Source: Desulfatiglandales bacterium (GTDB lineage: Bacteria > Desulfobacterota > DSM-4660 > Desulfatiglandales > HGW-15). Taken from it: DNA of 64,000 bases. The translations under genes and the position numbers were made by a program. Location: positions 2,240,001 through 2,304,000 of the forward strand of contig CAXXJJ010000001.1 of assembly GCA_963667015.2 (NCBI GenBank), given 5' to 3'. Each line of letters starts with the position of its first letter. Within the stretch, counting starts at the first letter, position 1. Under the pieces are notes generated by a model that was given only the letters and a program-made list of their open reading frames with translations, had not been told where the DNA came from and made no database searches. Below are positions 40,141 to 50,291 of this stretch, one piece after another.

Positions 40141-40384
40141 GTGATAATTGCCAATGAAAGAATTGCGGAGGTTTTTAACAAGTATGAAACCTATTAAATT
40201 TCTACTTGATATTATTTCTCTTTCTATCCTATTTAAAAAGACCAATAATTAATATTACTTATATCATGGATTGAAGCTTTTGAGCGATATTCATACGCTA
40301 TCAAAGAGCATTTTTACCTATAGTTTTAAGTGCTGCCTCATACTCATCAATTAAACCATTCACCGGATTCATTGTTTTTGCACA

Positions 40385-41602
40385 TTAGATTATGTCACAG
40401 CAAAAGGGCTTGTAATCGGTTTTAAAGAGATTGTCATATCTCGGAAGGGCATCTTCTGCCATTACATCAATGATTCCTATCCTTTTTGCTGTTGTTGCAT
40501 CATGCTGGCAGAACAATAACATTGCAAGGCTGTTTATCTCCATGGATATCTCGGGGGCTTTTTCAGTTTTCTTAATGCTACCTTTTCCTCCTGATATTTC
40601 CATATGCCATTTTCCATTATTCCATGGGCACATGTCATCTCCGGTTATTTCAAAAAACAGTTCTCCATCTGTATCATAACCCCTGAGAGGTATGGCCTTT
40701 TCAATATCCACTATCCGGGCGAGAAACCCCCTTGAGGACTTGATGTTCAGTGCTGTGGGTTCCAGTATAATATGTGGCATTGGATCGTCAGGTGGTGCCT
40801 GCATCCAGCTAATGCTGTGTGCAAGATCCATCCTTGTAAAATAATTCCATATAGCGTAATAGGCTGATATCGAGAGCCATGCCATGTCCTTTATTGTTAT
40901 CTTTTGTGCAAGTCCGCGATCAGTAAGGTGCGGAGTAACCGTATAGACTACATAACCCAGGGGGATTTCATCTTCTTCATACACAATTTTATCATGCACT
41001 GCCTGACCGGAAGGAGAGTTTAGTACTCCCGTTTCCCACTTGAATTTATCCCTTACCAGGTAGCCTGTTCTTCTTTCGGAAAACTGCCGGTATATCCTGT
41101 CAAGTGTCTCAATTTCATTTTCTTTCAGGCGTATCAGCTTGCCTGCAGTGTTCATGTGTTTTTGCGATCTGAACCGGATATTCCCCGGTTCGATCTGATA
41201 GGAGTTCTGTGTCGAAACTATTGCATAGCCGTAACGCTGGTAAATAGCCGCCTGAGAGGCAAAGAGAATACTTATTGGCCTTTCTCCCTGCTCATGTAAA
41301 AGTTCAAAATGCCTGGCATGAACCTTTCTTAAACATCCCATCCGTCGGTAAATCGGCAGGGTTCCAACAATGGATACCGCTGCAACAGGCGCATCAATTC
41401 CGTTAAATCTCATAAGGAATGGCCATGCGGCGTATGATGTCGCCGCCTTACCATCCACAAAGGCACAAAGGGTCATCTCAGGTGTAATACCGTTTACATA
41501 TTTTGGCGGAATAAAGTCCGGCGGCAGTAAATTGGTATCTTCTGCAATTTTTTTTATTTCATCCATCTCTTCAGGCTTTGCCGGTCTTACTTCAATCTGC
41601 AT
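40385..41602 (-). CDS. Eis-like GNAT acetyltransferase
   Basis: VGTLPIYRRMG, LFASQAAIYQRYGY, ARIVD, CPWNNG plus SCP2-like tail. Confidence 0.9.
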   Translation of the reverse strand: MQIEVRPAKPEEMDEIKKIAEDTNLLPPDFIPPKYVNGITPEMTLCAFVDGKAATSYAAWPFLMRFNGIDAPVAAVSIVGTLPIYRRMGCLRKVHARHFELLHEQGERPISILFASQAAIYQRYGYAIVSTQNSYQIEPGNIRFRSQKHMNTAGKLIRLKENEIETLDRIYRQFSERRTGYLVRDKFKWETGVLNSPSGQAVHDKIVYEEDEIPLGYVVYTVTPHLTDRGLAQKITIKDMAWLSISAYYAIWNYFTRMDLAHSISWMQAPPDDPMPHIILEPTALNIKSSRGFLARIVDIEKAIPLRGYDTDGELFFEITGDDMCPWNNGKWHMEISGGKGSIKKTEKAPEISMEINSLAMLLFCQHDATTAKRIGIIDVMAEDALPRYDNLFKTDYKPFCCDII

Positions 41603-41620
41603 TTTAATTCTCCCTCATAT

Positions 41621-42331
41621 TTAAATATACCTGCTGCAATCTTCCATAAACTCTTTAAATATCCTGTAGTGTTCTGTCTCATAATATGTAGTTTCAGTAA
41701 TAGTATTGTTGTCAAAGTTAAATAATCTCGCCCCGGGACAGGCCATCAATATTGGAGAATGAGTGGCTATTATAAACTGGGCATGTTTCTGTTTTGCCAT
41801 CTCTTTAAGAATATTTACAAGCTCTATCTGGGTGGCGGGAGATAGGGCTGTTTCGGGCTCATCCATGATATAAAGTCCTTTTATTTTGTACCTTGCCCTG
41901 AAAAATGAGATGATTCCCTGTCCGTGTGACTGTGTAACAAGAGATTTACCTCCAAAATATTCAAACAGACCGGGATTTGAAATTGCCCACTCGTCAAGAA
42001 GCGCTGAAAAATGTTTATGAACATCGGATGAAAAGAATGAACCTGGAACAGGTCCGTCTATCCATTCGACATTAACCGCACTGTGCATCTGCTTATAGTA
42101 GGGATTATTTTTTTGTCTTGGTCTGTGTTCTCCCTCCCAGATATATATGCCGCATTTTCTGCTTAATGCCTCCAGGAGTGTTGATTTACCGGTTCCATTT
42201 TCACCTGTAAAAATGGTGACAGGGGATTCAAAATCAAGGCCCCTGGTATTATTGAATATTTCCAGGTTGAAAGGATAATACTCTTTAGTCGGGAATTTTT
42301 CCTGTGAGATGGTTAATTTTTTAAGATACAT
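41621..42331 (-). CDS. ABC-type ATPase (stand-alone)
   Basis: GENGTGKS, QSHGQ, MDEPETALSP, IATHSP. Confidence 0.88.
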   Translation of the reverse strand: MYLKKLTISQEKFPTKEYYPFNLEIFNNTRGLDFESPVTIFTGENGTGKSTLLEALSRKCGIYIWEGEHRPRQKNNPYYKQMHSAVNVEWIDGPVPGSFFSSDVHKHFSALLDEWAISNPGLFEYFGGKSLVTQSHGQGIISFFRARYKIKGLYIMDEPETALSPATQIELVNILKEMAKQKHAQFIIATHSPILMACPGARLFNFDNNTITETTYYETEHYRIFKEFMEDCSRYI

Positions 42332-42524
42332 TCTGCTGCTCCGAAAACAAGAATTTTAAAATATTATGGTCATAGCAGTTTTTTTATTCTCTGTCGATTC
42401 TTAATGAAGATCCGGGATGTTTGATTATTACTTAATGAAAATGAATTATTCAGAATGAGATTTAATTATGCTATAGTTGTAAAATGATGAGCCCGCAGAT
42501 TCCGCTCCAAATTTATAAACAGGG

Positions 42525-44531
42525 ATGAATATTTTGGTAGAGAAAGAGACTGATAAGCTGCGTACAGGTGTCTATATTTGTGAATGCGGCCCTAACCTTA
42601 TGGAAGCCATGGATGTTAAGTATCTGGTTGATGCTGCTTCTAAACTGGATAGTGTTGTAACGGCTAAATCCTTCAACCTGATATGTTCCGGGCAGGGACA
42701 AAAATTTATCACCCGTGAAATCATTGATAACAAACTTGATCGCATCGTAATTGCCGCGTGTTCGCCCCAGGAGCATGAAAAGACTTTTATGGCAGCCGTA
42801 AGGGATACGAATCTCAACCCATGGTTGCTCCAGATTGTAAACCTGAGAGAACAGATCGCCTGGGTTACCCCTGACAGAGATCTGGCTACGGAAAAGGCCG
42901 AGTCTTATATTAAGGGAGCGGTGAAAAGGGTAAGAGACCATATCCCTCTGGAAGAAAAATATATCGACTGTAATACAAATGTACTGGTGGTGGGGGGCGG
43001 TATAGCCGGCATCAGCGCCGCTCTGGCCCTGGCTCAGGAAGACCGGACGGTTTATCTCGTTGAAAAATCCCCGGTCCTGGGAGGGCATGCAATAATTTAT
43101 GAAGACTGGTTTCCAGGGACTTCATGTGCCTCCTGCGAGATTTCGCCTTTACTTGACAGTGTGATCAATAATCCCTATATCAATGTCCTTACAATGAGTG
43201 AGGTGCAGTCGGTTCTTGGATACTATGGGAACTATACCGTCACAGTCCGGAAAAAAGCACGTTATATAGACGATAAAAAATGTCTGGGTTGCGGCGCCTG
43301 TGTTGACGCCTGTCCTGTTTCTGTTCCTGATGAGTATAATATGGGGCTCAATGATCGAAAGGCAGTCTATATACCATACCAGGGCAGTCTTCCGAATATC
43401 TTTTCCATAGACAGTGCTCACTGCAGGAGATTCAATGAGGGGGAGTGTACTGCATGCCGCGATATATGCCCTTTTGAGGCAGTTGATTATGATCAGGCTG
43501 ACGAATTAATTGATATCCACGCGGGGGCAGTTGTCCTGGCTACAGGCTTTAATCTTTACGATCCGGCGGATGTCCCACTGTACAAGTTTAGAGAGATACC
43601 GGAGATATATACTGCTATTGAGTTTGAGAGGCTGATCAACCAGAATGGCCCTACACATGGCGTACCTCAAATGAAAAACGGTAAACACCCTGAGACTATC
43701 ACATTTATTCATTGTGTAGGCTCAAGGAGCCGCAATACTCATTCCTACTGTTCAGGTGTCTGTTGTGCCTATATTCTCAAGTATATCCTGTACCTGCATG
43801 AAAAATATCCGGATATAAATACAGAACAGGTTTATGTTGATTTTTGCCTCCCGGGAAAGGATCTGAATAATCTACTTATAAAGGCTCAGGACATATCCGG
43901 TCACGACTTTCACAGGATATCAGCACCGGGTAATATTGATATTCATGATGATGACAATAAAATATCAGTAAAATACCTGAATGGGATTGGCTGTCAAGGG
44001 GAAATAAAAACCGATATGGTCATACTTGCGCCTGCAATAGTTGGATCGGAAAACGCGTGTAAACTTGGGGGTCTGTTTGATATTGAAACTGACAGGGATG
44101 GTTTCTGGTCTCAGCCTTTTATTACTGATTCACCTGCAGGGACCAGGAGAGCCGGTGTCTATACTGCCGGATGCTCACAGGGGCCAATGGATATTGCCGG
44201 CTCGATAATGAGCGGGCAGGCAGCCGCGTCCCGTGTATTGAAAGAACTTGTTCCGGGCAAAAAGCTGCCCATCGAACCAATGGCAGCTATAGTAAACAAT
44301 GATAAATGTTCAGGCTGTAAATCATGTTTAAAGGCATGTGAGTTCGGTGCGATTGTCTATGACGAAGAACTGCATCAGATTGCAATAAATCCTCTCCTGT
44401 GCAGGGCATGCGGCATATGTGCTGTGACATGCCCCGGCGGTGCAATCAATGCTCCGTTTTTTTCAAATGAGGCTATCATGTCTGAGGTCAGTGGGCTCCT
44501 GGAAAAAGAGGGTGTGAATAAAAATGAATAA
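42525..44531 (+). CDS. hdrA: Heterodisulfide reductase subunit A-like flavoprotein
   Basis: GVYICECG, AACSP, NLREQ, VVGGGIAG, ferredoxin CxxCxxC motifs, HCVGSR, YCSGVCC, GCSQGP.DI. Confidence 0.93.
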   Translation: MNILVEKETDKLRTGVYICECGPNLMEAMDVKYLVDAASKLDSVVTAKSFNLICSGQGQKFITREIIDNKLDRIVIAACSPQEHEKTFMAAVRDTNLNPWLLQIVNLREQIAWVTPDRDLATEKAESYIKGAVKRVRDHIPLEEKYIDCNTNVLVVGGGIAGISAALALAQEDRTVYLVEKSPVLGGHAIIYEDWFPGTSCASCEISPLLDSVINNPYINVLTMSEVQSVLGYYGNYTVTVRKKARYIDDKKCLGCGACVDACPVSVPDEYNMGLNDRKAVYIPYQGSLPNIFSIDSAHCRRFNEGECTACRDICPFEAVDYDQADELIDIHAGAVVLATGFNLYDPADVPLYKFREIPEIYTAIEFERLINQNGPTHGVPQMKNGKHPETITFIHCVGSRSRNTHSYCSGVCCAYILKYILYLHEKYPDINTEQVYVDFCLPGKDLNNLLIKAQDISGHDFHRISAPGNIDIHDDDNKISVKYLNGIGCQGEIKTDMVILAPAIVGSENACKLGGLFDIETDRDGFWSQPFITDSPAGTRRAGVYTAGCSQGPMDIAGSIMSGQAAASRVLKELVPGKKLPIEPMAAIVNNDKCSGCKSCLKACEFGAIVYDEELHQIAINPLLCRACGICAVTCPGGAINAPFFSNEAIMSEVSGLLEKEGVNKNE

Positions 44532-44931
44532 TCATCATCCGGAGATAATTGCCTTCTTCTGCCAGTGGTGTGCATATGCTGCTGCTGATAACGCCGGACG
44601 AGCAAGGCTTGAGATTCCATCAGGTCTAAAAATTATAAGGGTAATGTGCAGTGGCAGGGTTGATCCTGAATTTATTATGGATGCATTTAAAAAAAAGGCT
44701 GACGGTGTGCTGGTTATCGGATGCCTCGATGGCAACTGCCATTATAAAAGAGGAAACCGGGAAACATCCAAAAGGATTATACTTTTACAAAACCTTCTTG
44801 ACACCCTTGGCATTGAACCGGAGCGCGTTTTGTTTGAAGAGGTAAAGGCTGATGATCCTCATGGCCTGTCAGAAATAATCACCCGGTTTTTTAAAAAAGT
44901 TACACTCCTTGGTCCATTGGATGATAAATAG
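44524..44931 (+). CDS. mvhD: [2Fe-2S] hydrogenase delta subunit
   Basis: FCQWCAY, RVMCSGRVDP, ADGVLVIGC..GNCHY. Confidence 0.93.
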   Translation: MNNHHPEIIAFFCQWCAYAAADNAGRARLEIPSGLKIIRVMCSGRVDPEFIMDAFKKKADGVLVIGCLDGNCHYKRGNRETSKRIILLQNLLDTLGIEPERVLFEEVKADDPHGLSEIITRFFKKVTLLGPLDDK

Positions 44932-44949
44932 TGATAGAGTAATACCAAT

Positions 44950-45882
44950 ATGAATAAACTTAAAATTGCAATGTACTGGCTGTCCGGCTGCGGTGGATGT
45001 GAAGAATCCTTCCTTGATCTTGGAGAAGATCTTATTTCCATGCTGGAAAGGGCGGATATTGTATTCTGGCCAATAGCCACAGATGTTAAGCTGAAAGACC
45101 TTGAAGATATGCCTGACAGCTATATCGATTTTTCCTTTTTAAACGGCGCAGTAAGAACCGAAGATCATATAAAGATGGCAAGGCTTTTCAGACGTAAATC
45201 TAAAAACCTGATTGCCCATGGCAGTTGCGCTCATCTGGGCGGAGTCCCCGGGCTGTCAAATTTTTTTGATCGTGATTCACTTTTAACAAGGGCATATCTC
45301 GATGTGCCATCTATCGAAAAGAACAACCCCGGTCAGCATGATGTTCCTGAGCATGCAGGATTGACTGACAGGGTTGCTGCATTATCTCATATAATTGATG
45401 TGGATTATTATCTGCCGGGCTGTCCGACTCCGCCTGAATTATTGAAAGAGACACTCGATTCTTTTCTGTCAGGAAAGTTACCAGAGAAAGGAACAGTTCT
45501 GGGGGAGAAAAAATCGTTGTGCGGTTCATGTCATTTAATCGACACTAAACCCGATTATATTGATATAACCGATTTTAAAAGAATTCATCAGGTGGATATT
45601 GATCCTGGCAGATGCTTCCTTGCCCAGGGGATAATATGCCTGGGGCCTGCTACAAGAGGCGGTTGCAAGGCTCAATGCATAAAGGCCAATATGCCGTGCA
45701 GGGGATGTTTCGGGCCTCTTGATAACGTCTCTGATCACGGTTTGAGAATACTTTCAATGGTGGCATCACTTATAGGTTCCAGCGATACAGATAAAATAAA
45801 ACATATTGTAGATGAAATACCTGATTCGGCAGGCCTTTTTTACAGGTATTCACTTGCCTCTTCAATAATTAAAAAGCCATAA
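44950..45882 (+). CDS. mvhG: Group 3c NiFe hydrogenase small subunit
   Basis: CGGCEE, GSCA..GGVPGL, LPGCP, C.GPATRGGC, PCRGCFG. Confidence 0.9.
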   Translation: MNKLKIAMYWLSGCGGCEESFLDLGEDLISMLERADIVFWPIATDVKLKDLEDMPDSYIDFSFLNGAVRTEDHIKMARLFRRKSKNLIAHGSCAHLGGVPGLSNFFDRDSLLTRAYLDVPSIEKNNPGQHDVPEHAGLTDRVAALSHIIDVDYYLPGCPTPPELLKETLDSFLSGKLPEKGTVLGEKKSLCGSCHLIDTKPDYIDITDFKRIHQVDIDPGRCFLAQGIICLGPATRGGCKAQCIKANMPCRGCFGPLDNVSDHGLRILSMVASLIGSSDTDKIKHIVDEIPDSAGLFYRYSLASSIIKKP

Positions 45883-45898
45883 GAACAAAGATGAGCGT

Positions 45899-47284
45899 AT
45901 GAGCAGGATAATAAAAATAGACCCTATAACACGTCTTGAAGGTCATGGTAATATCAGGATTGAATATGATGAATCCGGACATTTTAAAAATGCCACTCTT
46001 CAGCTTCCTGATTTCAGGGGATTTGAAAAATTCTGCGAAGGAAGAGCTGTTGAGGAGCTTCCTGCCCTGACCCAGAAGATATGCGGAGTGTGCCCCACAG
46101 CACATCATATCGCCGGGGTAAAGGCACTTGATGATATGTTTGGCGTGACCGCCCCCCCTGCAGCCCTGATAATCCGTGAACTTATTCATAATATCTTTTT
46201 CTATGAGGATCATCTTCTTCATTTCTATTACCTTGGAGGACCTGATCTGTTTCTTCCCTCAGGTACTCCCGGGCAAAAGCGGAATATATTTTCCGTAATC
46301 AACTGCCTGGGAAAGGAAACCGGCTCCAGACTCCTTAATATCCGCAAAAGGGTCAGGGAGATGCATTCGATCATGAGCGGGAGCGTTTTATACCCTGTAT
46401 GCGGGCTTCCGGGCGGAGTATCCAGGGCTGTTTCTGAGGAAGACAGCGCAGGTTTTATTGATACTGCAAAAGATGCACTTGATTTTGCGCGGTTTTCAGT
46501 GGATTTGTTTCACGAGCAGATACTCGGTAATGATAATTATAAATCATTGCTGACCCGGGAAAGTATGAATCTCAAAACTTTTTACATGGGGATGGTTGAT
46601 GACCATAATAAAATAAATTTTTATGATGGACTTTTAAGAGTAGTTGACCGGGAAGGCAAGGAGTTTTGCAGGTTTTCATCAAAGGACTATCTTATCCATC
46701 TGGCTGAACAGAATAATCCGGAAAGTTTTATGAAATACACCTATTTAAGGCAGGCAGGGTGGAAGGGTATTAATCATTCGAAGAGCGGAATTTACAGGGT
46801 CGGACCGCTGGCAAGATTAAATGCCTCATCAGGGTTTTCCACTCCGCTAGCACAGAAGGAATATATCCGCATGGGAGAATATTTTGGAGGATATCCTGTT
46901 CATTCAACCTTTGCCTATCACTGGGCAAGACTTATTGAAGTAATATATGCAGCAGAGAATATGGTTCGCCTGACGGCTGAAGAGAAACTCACAGATAAGA
47001 AAATCCGGAACCTTCAGTTTAATAATTTACAGGGAAGGGGAGTAGGTACATGTGAGGCACCGAGGGGGACACTGATACACGATTATGAATCTGATGACAA
47101 AGGTATTACCAGAAACATAAATCTGCTGGTTGCAACACAAAATAACGGAGCGGCTATTCAATTATCCCTGTCAAAGGCCGGAAGAGAATTATTTAAAAAT
47201 AAATATCCTGATGAAGAAACAATGAACAGGCTTGAAATGGTATTCCGGGCGTATGATCCATGTATGGCCTGTGCAACACATTAA
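45899..47284 (+). CDS. mvhA: Group 3c NiFe hydrogenase large subunit
   Basis: DPITRLEGHG, RGFEKF, ICGVC, VGPLARLN, EAPRGTL.H, RAYDPCMACATH. Confidence 0.92.
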   Translation: MSRIIKIDPITRLEGHGNIRIEYDESGHFKNATLQLPDFRGFEKFCEGRAVEELPALTQKICGVCPTAHHIAGVKALDDMFGVTAPPAALIIRELIHNIFFYEDHLLHFYYLGGPDLFLPSGTPGQKRNIFSVINCLGKETGSRLLNIRKRVREMHSIMSGSVLYPVCGLPGGVSRAVSEEDSAGFIDTAKDALDFARFSVDLFHEQILGNDNYKSLLTRESMNLKTFYMGMVDDHNKINFYDGLLRVVDREGKEFCRFSSKDYLIHLAEQNNPESFMKYTYLRQAGWKGINHSKSGIYRVGPLARLNASSGFSTPLAQKEYIRMGEYFGGYPVHSTFAYHWARLIEVIYAAENMVRLTAEEKLTDKKIRNLQFNNLQGRGVGTCEAPRGTLIHDYESDDKGITRNINLLVATQNNGAAIQLSLSKAGRELFKNKYPDEETMNRLEMVFRAYDPCMACATH

Positions 47285-47399
47285 AAAATTTACTGTTTTG
47301 CTATAAACTCTTTTTATATGAGTAGTCGGAGATTTAAGAAATCTGAATGATTTGACGATAATACTATTTAAACTAATTACCTGTTTTATGGAGAATAAT

Positions 47400-47624
47400 A
47401 TGGGTTTTGAAAAGATGGACATGCTTGGTATAAAGTGTCCTCAACCGGTACTCAAAATTGCAGTCAAGGCCCCGGAGATGAAGCCTGGTGACATTCTGGA
47501 AGTCCTGGGAGATTGCCCTACATTTGAAAAGGATGTTCGCGCATGGTGTGACAGGCTCGGAAAGGTTTTACTGTCGATCGTGGATGAAGGAAATAATAGA
47601 AAAAGGATTCAGATACAGTTTTGA
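47400..47624 (+). CDS. TusA-family sulfur carrier protein
   Basis: D..G.KCPQP, PGDILEV..D, DVRAWC; RBS GGAG before ATG 47400. Confidence 0.88.
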   Translation: MGFEKMDMLGIKCPQPVLKIAVKAPEMKPGDILEVLGDCPTFEKDVRAWCDRLGKVLLSIVDEGNNRKRIQIQF

Positions 47625-47672
47625 TAATTATATATAATCGATCTGATAATCTCTTGAACAGGATAAAAATTA

Positions 47673-50243
47673 ATGCCTGTCAGTAAATTAGAATGCTGGG
47701 AAAAATTCAACTGTAATAGACATGATTGCATACTATACGGGTCCAATGAATTGCACTGCTGGCTTATTTCAGATGCCTGCTGCAGGAGCAGAACTGATAA
47801 CGAGCCTGTTGATAAGATGGTGCATTGCCTGGAATGTGAAGTATTTAAATCAAATGCCTCATCTATAGACATGACAGCTACATGCAGCTTAATAGCTAAA
47901 AAGTTCAAAGATTATAGCCAGGAAATTTCAATCAGAGAAAAAGAAAAAGATCAAGTCCTTAAGCAATTTGAAGAAGGCATGACCCAGGTGTTTGAGGCCA
48001 TGGAAAAGATCTCTAAAGGAGATCCCACTGTCAGGATAGAAGAATCGTCCGATGATAAACTTATCAGGAAGCTGAAACATACAGTTAACGAAACCGCCCG
48101 CAATCTTGGTGAGATTGTCGATCTTTCACATGAATTTGCAATTGGACTTGCCGAGCATTTTGATGTCCTGCACAGAGTTTCGACGGGTGATCTTAGCGCA
48201 AGAGTGAGAGGTGAGTCAGGTGTTGAACTTATCGGAGCCCTGAAAAAAATCACTAATCAGATGATTGAAAGTGTTGAACGTGAAATCCATGACAGGAAAA
48301 GATCAGAATCCGAATTGCGGGAAAGCGAGGCCAAGTTCAGAAAATTCACAGAGGAACTGCCGGTAGGTTTTTCTATAATGCTTCCCAACAACAGATTTGA
48401 ATATATTAACCCTACATTTACTGATATGTTCGGTTATACCATTGATGATTTGCCGGATAGAGATACATGGCTTAAAAAGGCTTATCCTGATAAGACCTAC
48501 AGGGATTATATCGCTAAATTGTGGGCCGATGATTCCCATCTAATTGATGGCGGCAGGACATCCATAACCGAAGAACTGGTTGTTAAATGTAAAGACGGGA
48601 CGGAAAAGATTATATTCTTTCACAGGGTCAGGTTGTCTGACTCCAAATATCTGATGCTTTATCTTGATATTACGGAAAAAGCAAAGGCTGAAGAGGCGGT
48701 CAAGGAATCCGAAGAAAAATATCGGATACTCGTTGAAAATATTCAGGACGGTGTTTTTATCCATCAGGATAGAAAGGTTATATTTATAAATGATGCCATG
48801 GCAAAAATGTTGAGTTGTACACCTGAGGAGGTAATTGGAGAACCGGTCATAAATTTCTTTTTTGAGGAAGACAGGCCGTTTATAAAGAAGGTCATGGCCA
48901 GTGAAACTGCAAAAAGGGAATACGATATACGGATGCTTGATAGAAACCCGAACAGGAAAGATGAGTTATTTGTTCATTTATCCAGTTCTCTTTTCATGTA
49001 TAAGCAAAAACCGGCATATATCGGTACAGTAAAGGACATCACGCAATTGAGGCGTGATGAAGAAGAAAAGAAAGAACTTGAGGCACAGCTTCAGAGATCC
49101 CACCAGATGGAGGCTATAGGTACACTTGCCGGTGGTGTTGCGCATGACCTGAACAATATTTTATCCGGTATATTAAGTTATCCGGATCTTTTACTTATGG
49201 ATATTCCCGATGACAGTCCTTTAAGGAAGCCTTTATTGACAATCAAAAAATCAGGCGAAAAGGCCAGTGCAATTGTACAGGATCTTCTAACTCTTGCAAG
49301 AAGGGCCGTTCCCACTAAGGATATCGTTGAGTTAAACAGTATAATTACAGAGTTCCTGAACAGCCCTGAGATGGAAAATATAAAAAACTTCCACCCGAAG
49401 ATCAGCATCTCCACGGAGCTTGGAAATGATTTATTCAACCTGAAGGGATCAGCCCTTCACTTATCCAAAACTGTAATGAATCTGATTTCAAACGCAGCCG
49501 AGGCAATGCCCGAAGGCGGGATGATAAAGGTTGTGACAGAGAACCGTTATGTAGATCACCTTATTAAAGGTTATGACAATGTTGAAGAAGGAGATTATGT
49601 TACTTTAACCATTGAAGATACCGGTGTCGGGATTTCTCCTGATGATCTTGGAAGGATTTTTGAACCTTTTTTTACTAAAAAAGTCATGGGCAGAAGCGGG
49701 ACCGGTCTTGGGATGGCGGTTGTCTGGGGGACAGTCAAGGATCATAACGGTTATATAGACGTCAGAAGCCAGGAATCAAAGGGAACAAAATTTACGCTGT
49801 ATTTCCCGGCATCCAGGAAAGAATTTCTAAAAAAACAGGACCGTGTTTCAATTGATAAGCTTAGCGGAGATGGAGAAAGTATTCTTGTTGTGGACGATGT
49901 TATTGAGCAGCGTGAAATAGCCGCCGCAATGCTGAATAAACTGGGCTACAAGGTTTATACTGCCGAGAGTGGTGAAAGGGCCTTGGAATTATGTAATGAA
50001 AATAAATTTGATCTCATTCTTCTGGATATGATAATGGAACCGGGTATTGACGGGCTGGAGACATATAAACGAATTACAAAAATGAGACCCGGCCAGAAGG
50101 CTGTTGTTGCCAGTGGTTTTTCACTTTCCAGCCGGATCAGGGATATTCAGAAACTTGGCGCCGGTGAATATGTTAAGAAGCCCTATTCACTTGAAACTTT
50201 GGCCAGTGCCGTTAAATACGAGATTAGCAGGCTGCAGTCCTAG
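47673..50243 (+). CDS. Hybrid histidine kinase: Cys-rich (two-CW-like) domain, HAMP-like region, two PAS, kinase, receiver
   Basis: CWE...C....C...CW....CC...CLEC; LAGGVAHDLNN; FFTKK; GTGLG; LVVDD, LLDM. Confidence 0.9.
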   Translation: MPVSKLECWEKFNCNRHDCILYGSNELHCWLISDACCRSRTDNEPVDKMVHCLECEVFKSNASSIDMTATCSLIAKKFKDYSQEISIREKEKDQVLKQFEEGMTQVFEAMEKISKGDPTVRIEESSDDKLIRKLKHTVNETARNLGEIVDLSHEFAIGLAEHFDVLHRVSTGDLSARVRGESGVELIGALKKITNQMIESVEREIHDRKRSESELRESEAKFRKFTEELPVGFSIMLPNNRFEYINPTFTDMFGYTIDDLPDRDTWLKKAYPDKTYRDYIAKLWADDSHLIDGGRTSITEELVVKCKDGTEKIIFFHRVRLSDSKYLMLYLDITEKAKAEEAVKESEEKYRILVENIQDGVFIHQDRKVIFINDAMAKMLSCTPEEVIGEPVINFFFEEDRPFIKKVMASETAKREYDIRMLDRNPNRKDELFVHLSSSLFMYKQKPAYIGTVKDITQLRRDEEEKKELEAQLQRSHQMEAIGTLAGGVAHDLNNILSGILSYPDLLLMDIPDDSPLRKPLLTIKKSGEKASAIVQDLLTLARRAVPTKDIVELNSIITEFLNSPEMENIKNFHPKISISTELGNDLFNLKGSALHLSKTVMNLISNAAEAMPEGGMIKVVTENRYVDHLIKGYDNVEEGDYVTLTIEDTGVGISPDDLGRIFEPFFTKKVMGRSGTGLGMAVVWGTVKDHNGYIDVRSQESKGTKFTLYFPASRKEFLKKQDRVSIDKLSGDGESILVVDDVIEQREIAAAMLNKLGYKVYTAESGERALELCNENKFDLILLDMIMEPGIDGLETYKRITKMRPGQKAVVASGFSLSSRIRDIQKLGAGEYVKKPYSLETLASAVKYEISRLQS

Positions 50244-50291
50244 AAAAATAAACGGTTTTTTCAGCAGGAGAGATGCCATTATATGAGCCTC

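Noticed and set aside
42525..47284. Selenocysteine recoding in HdrA/Mvh
   Set aside because: All ORFs are complete with Cys codons; no in-frame TGA is needed
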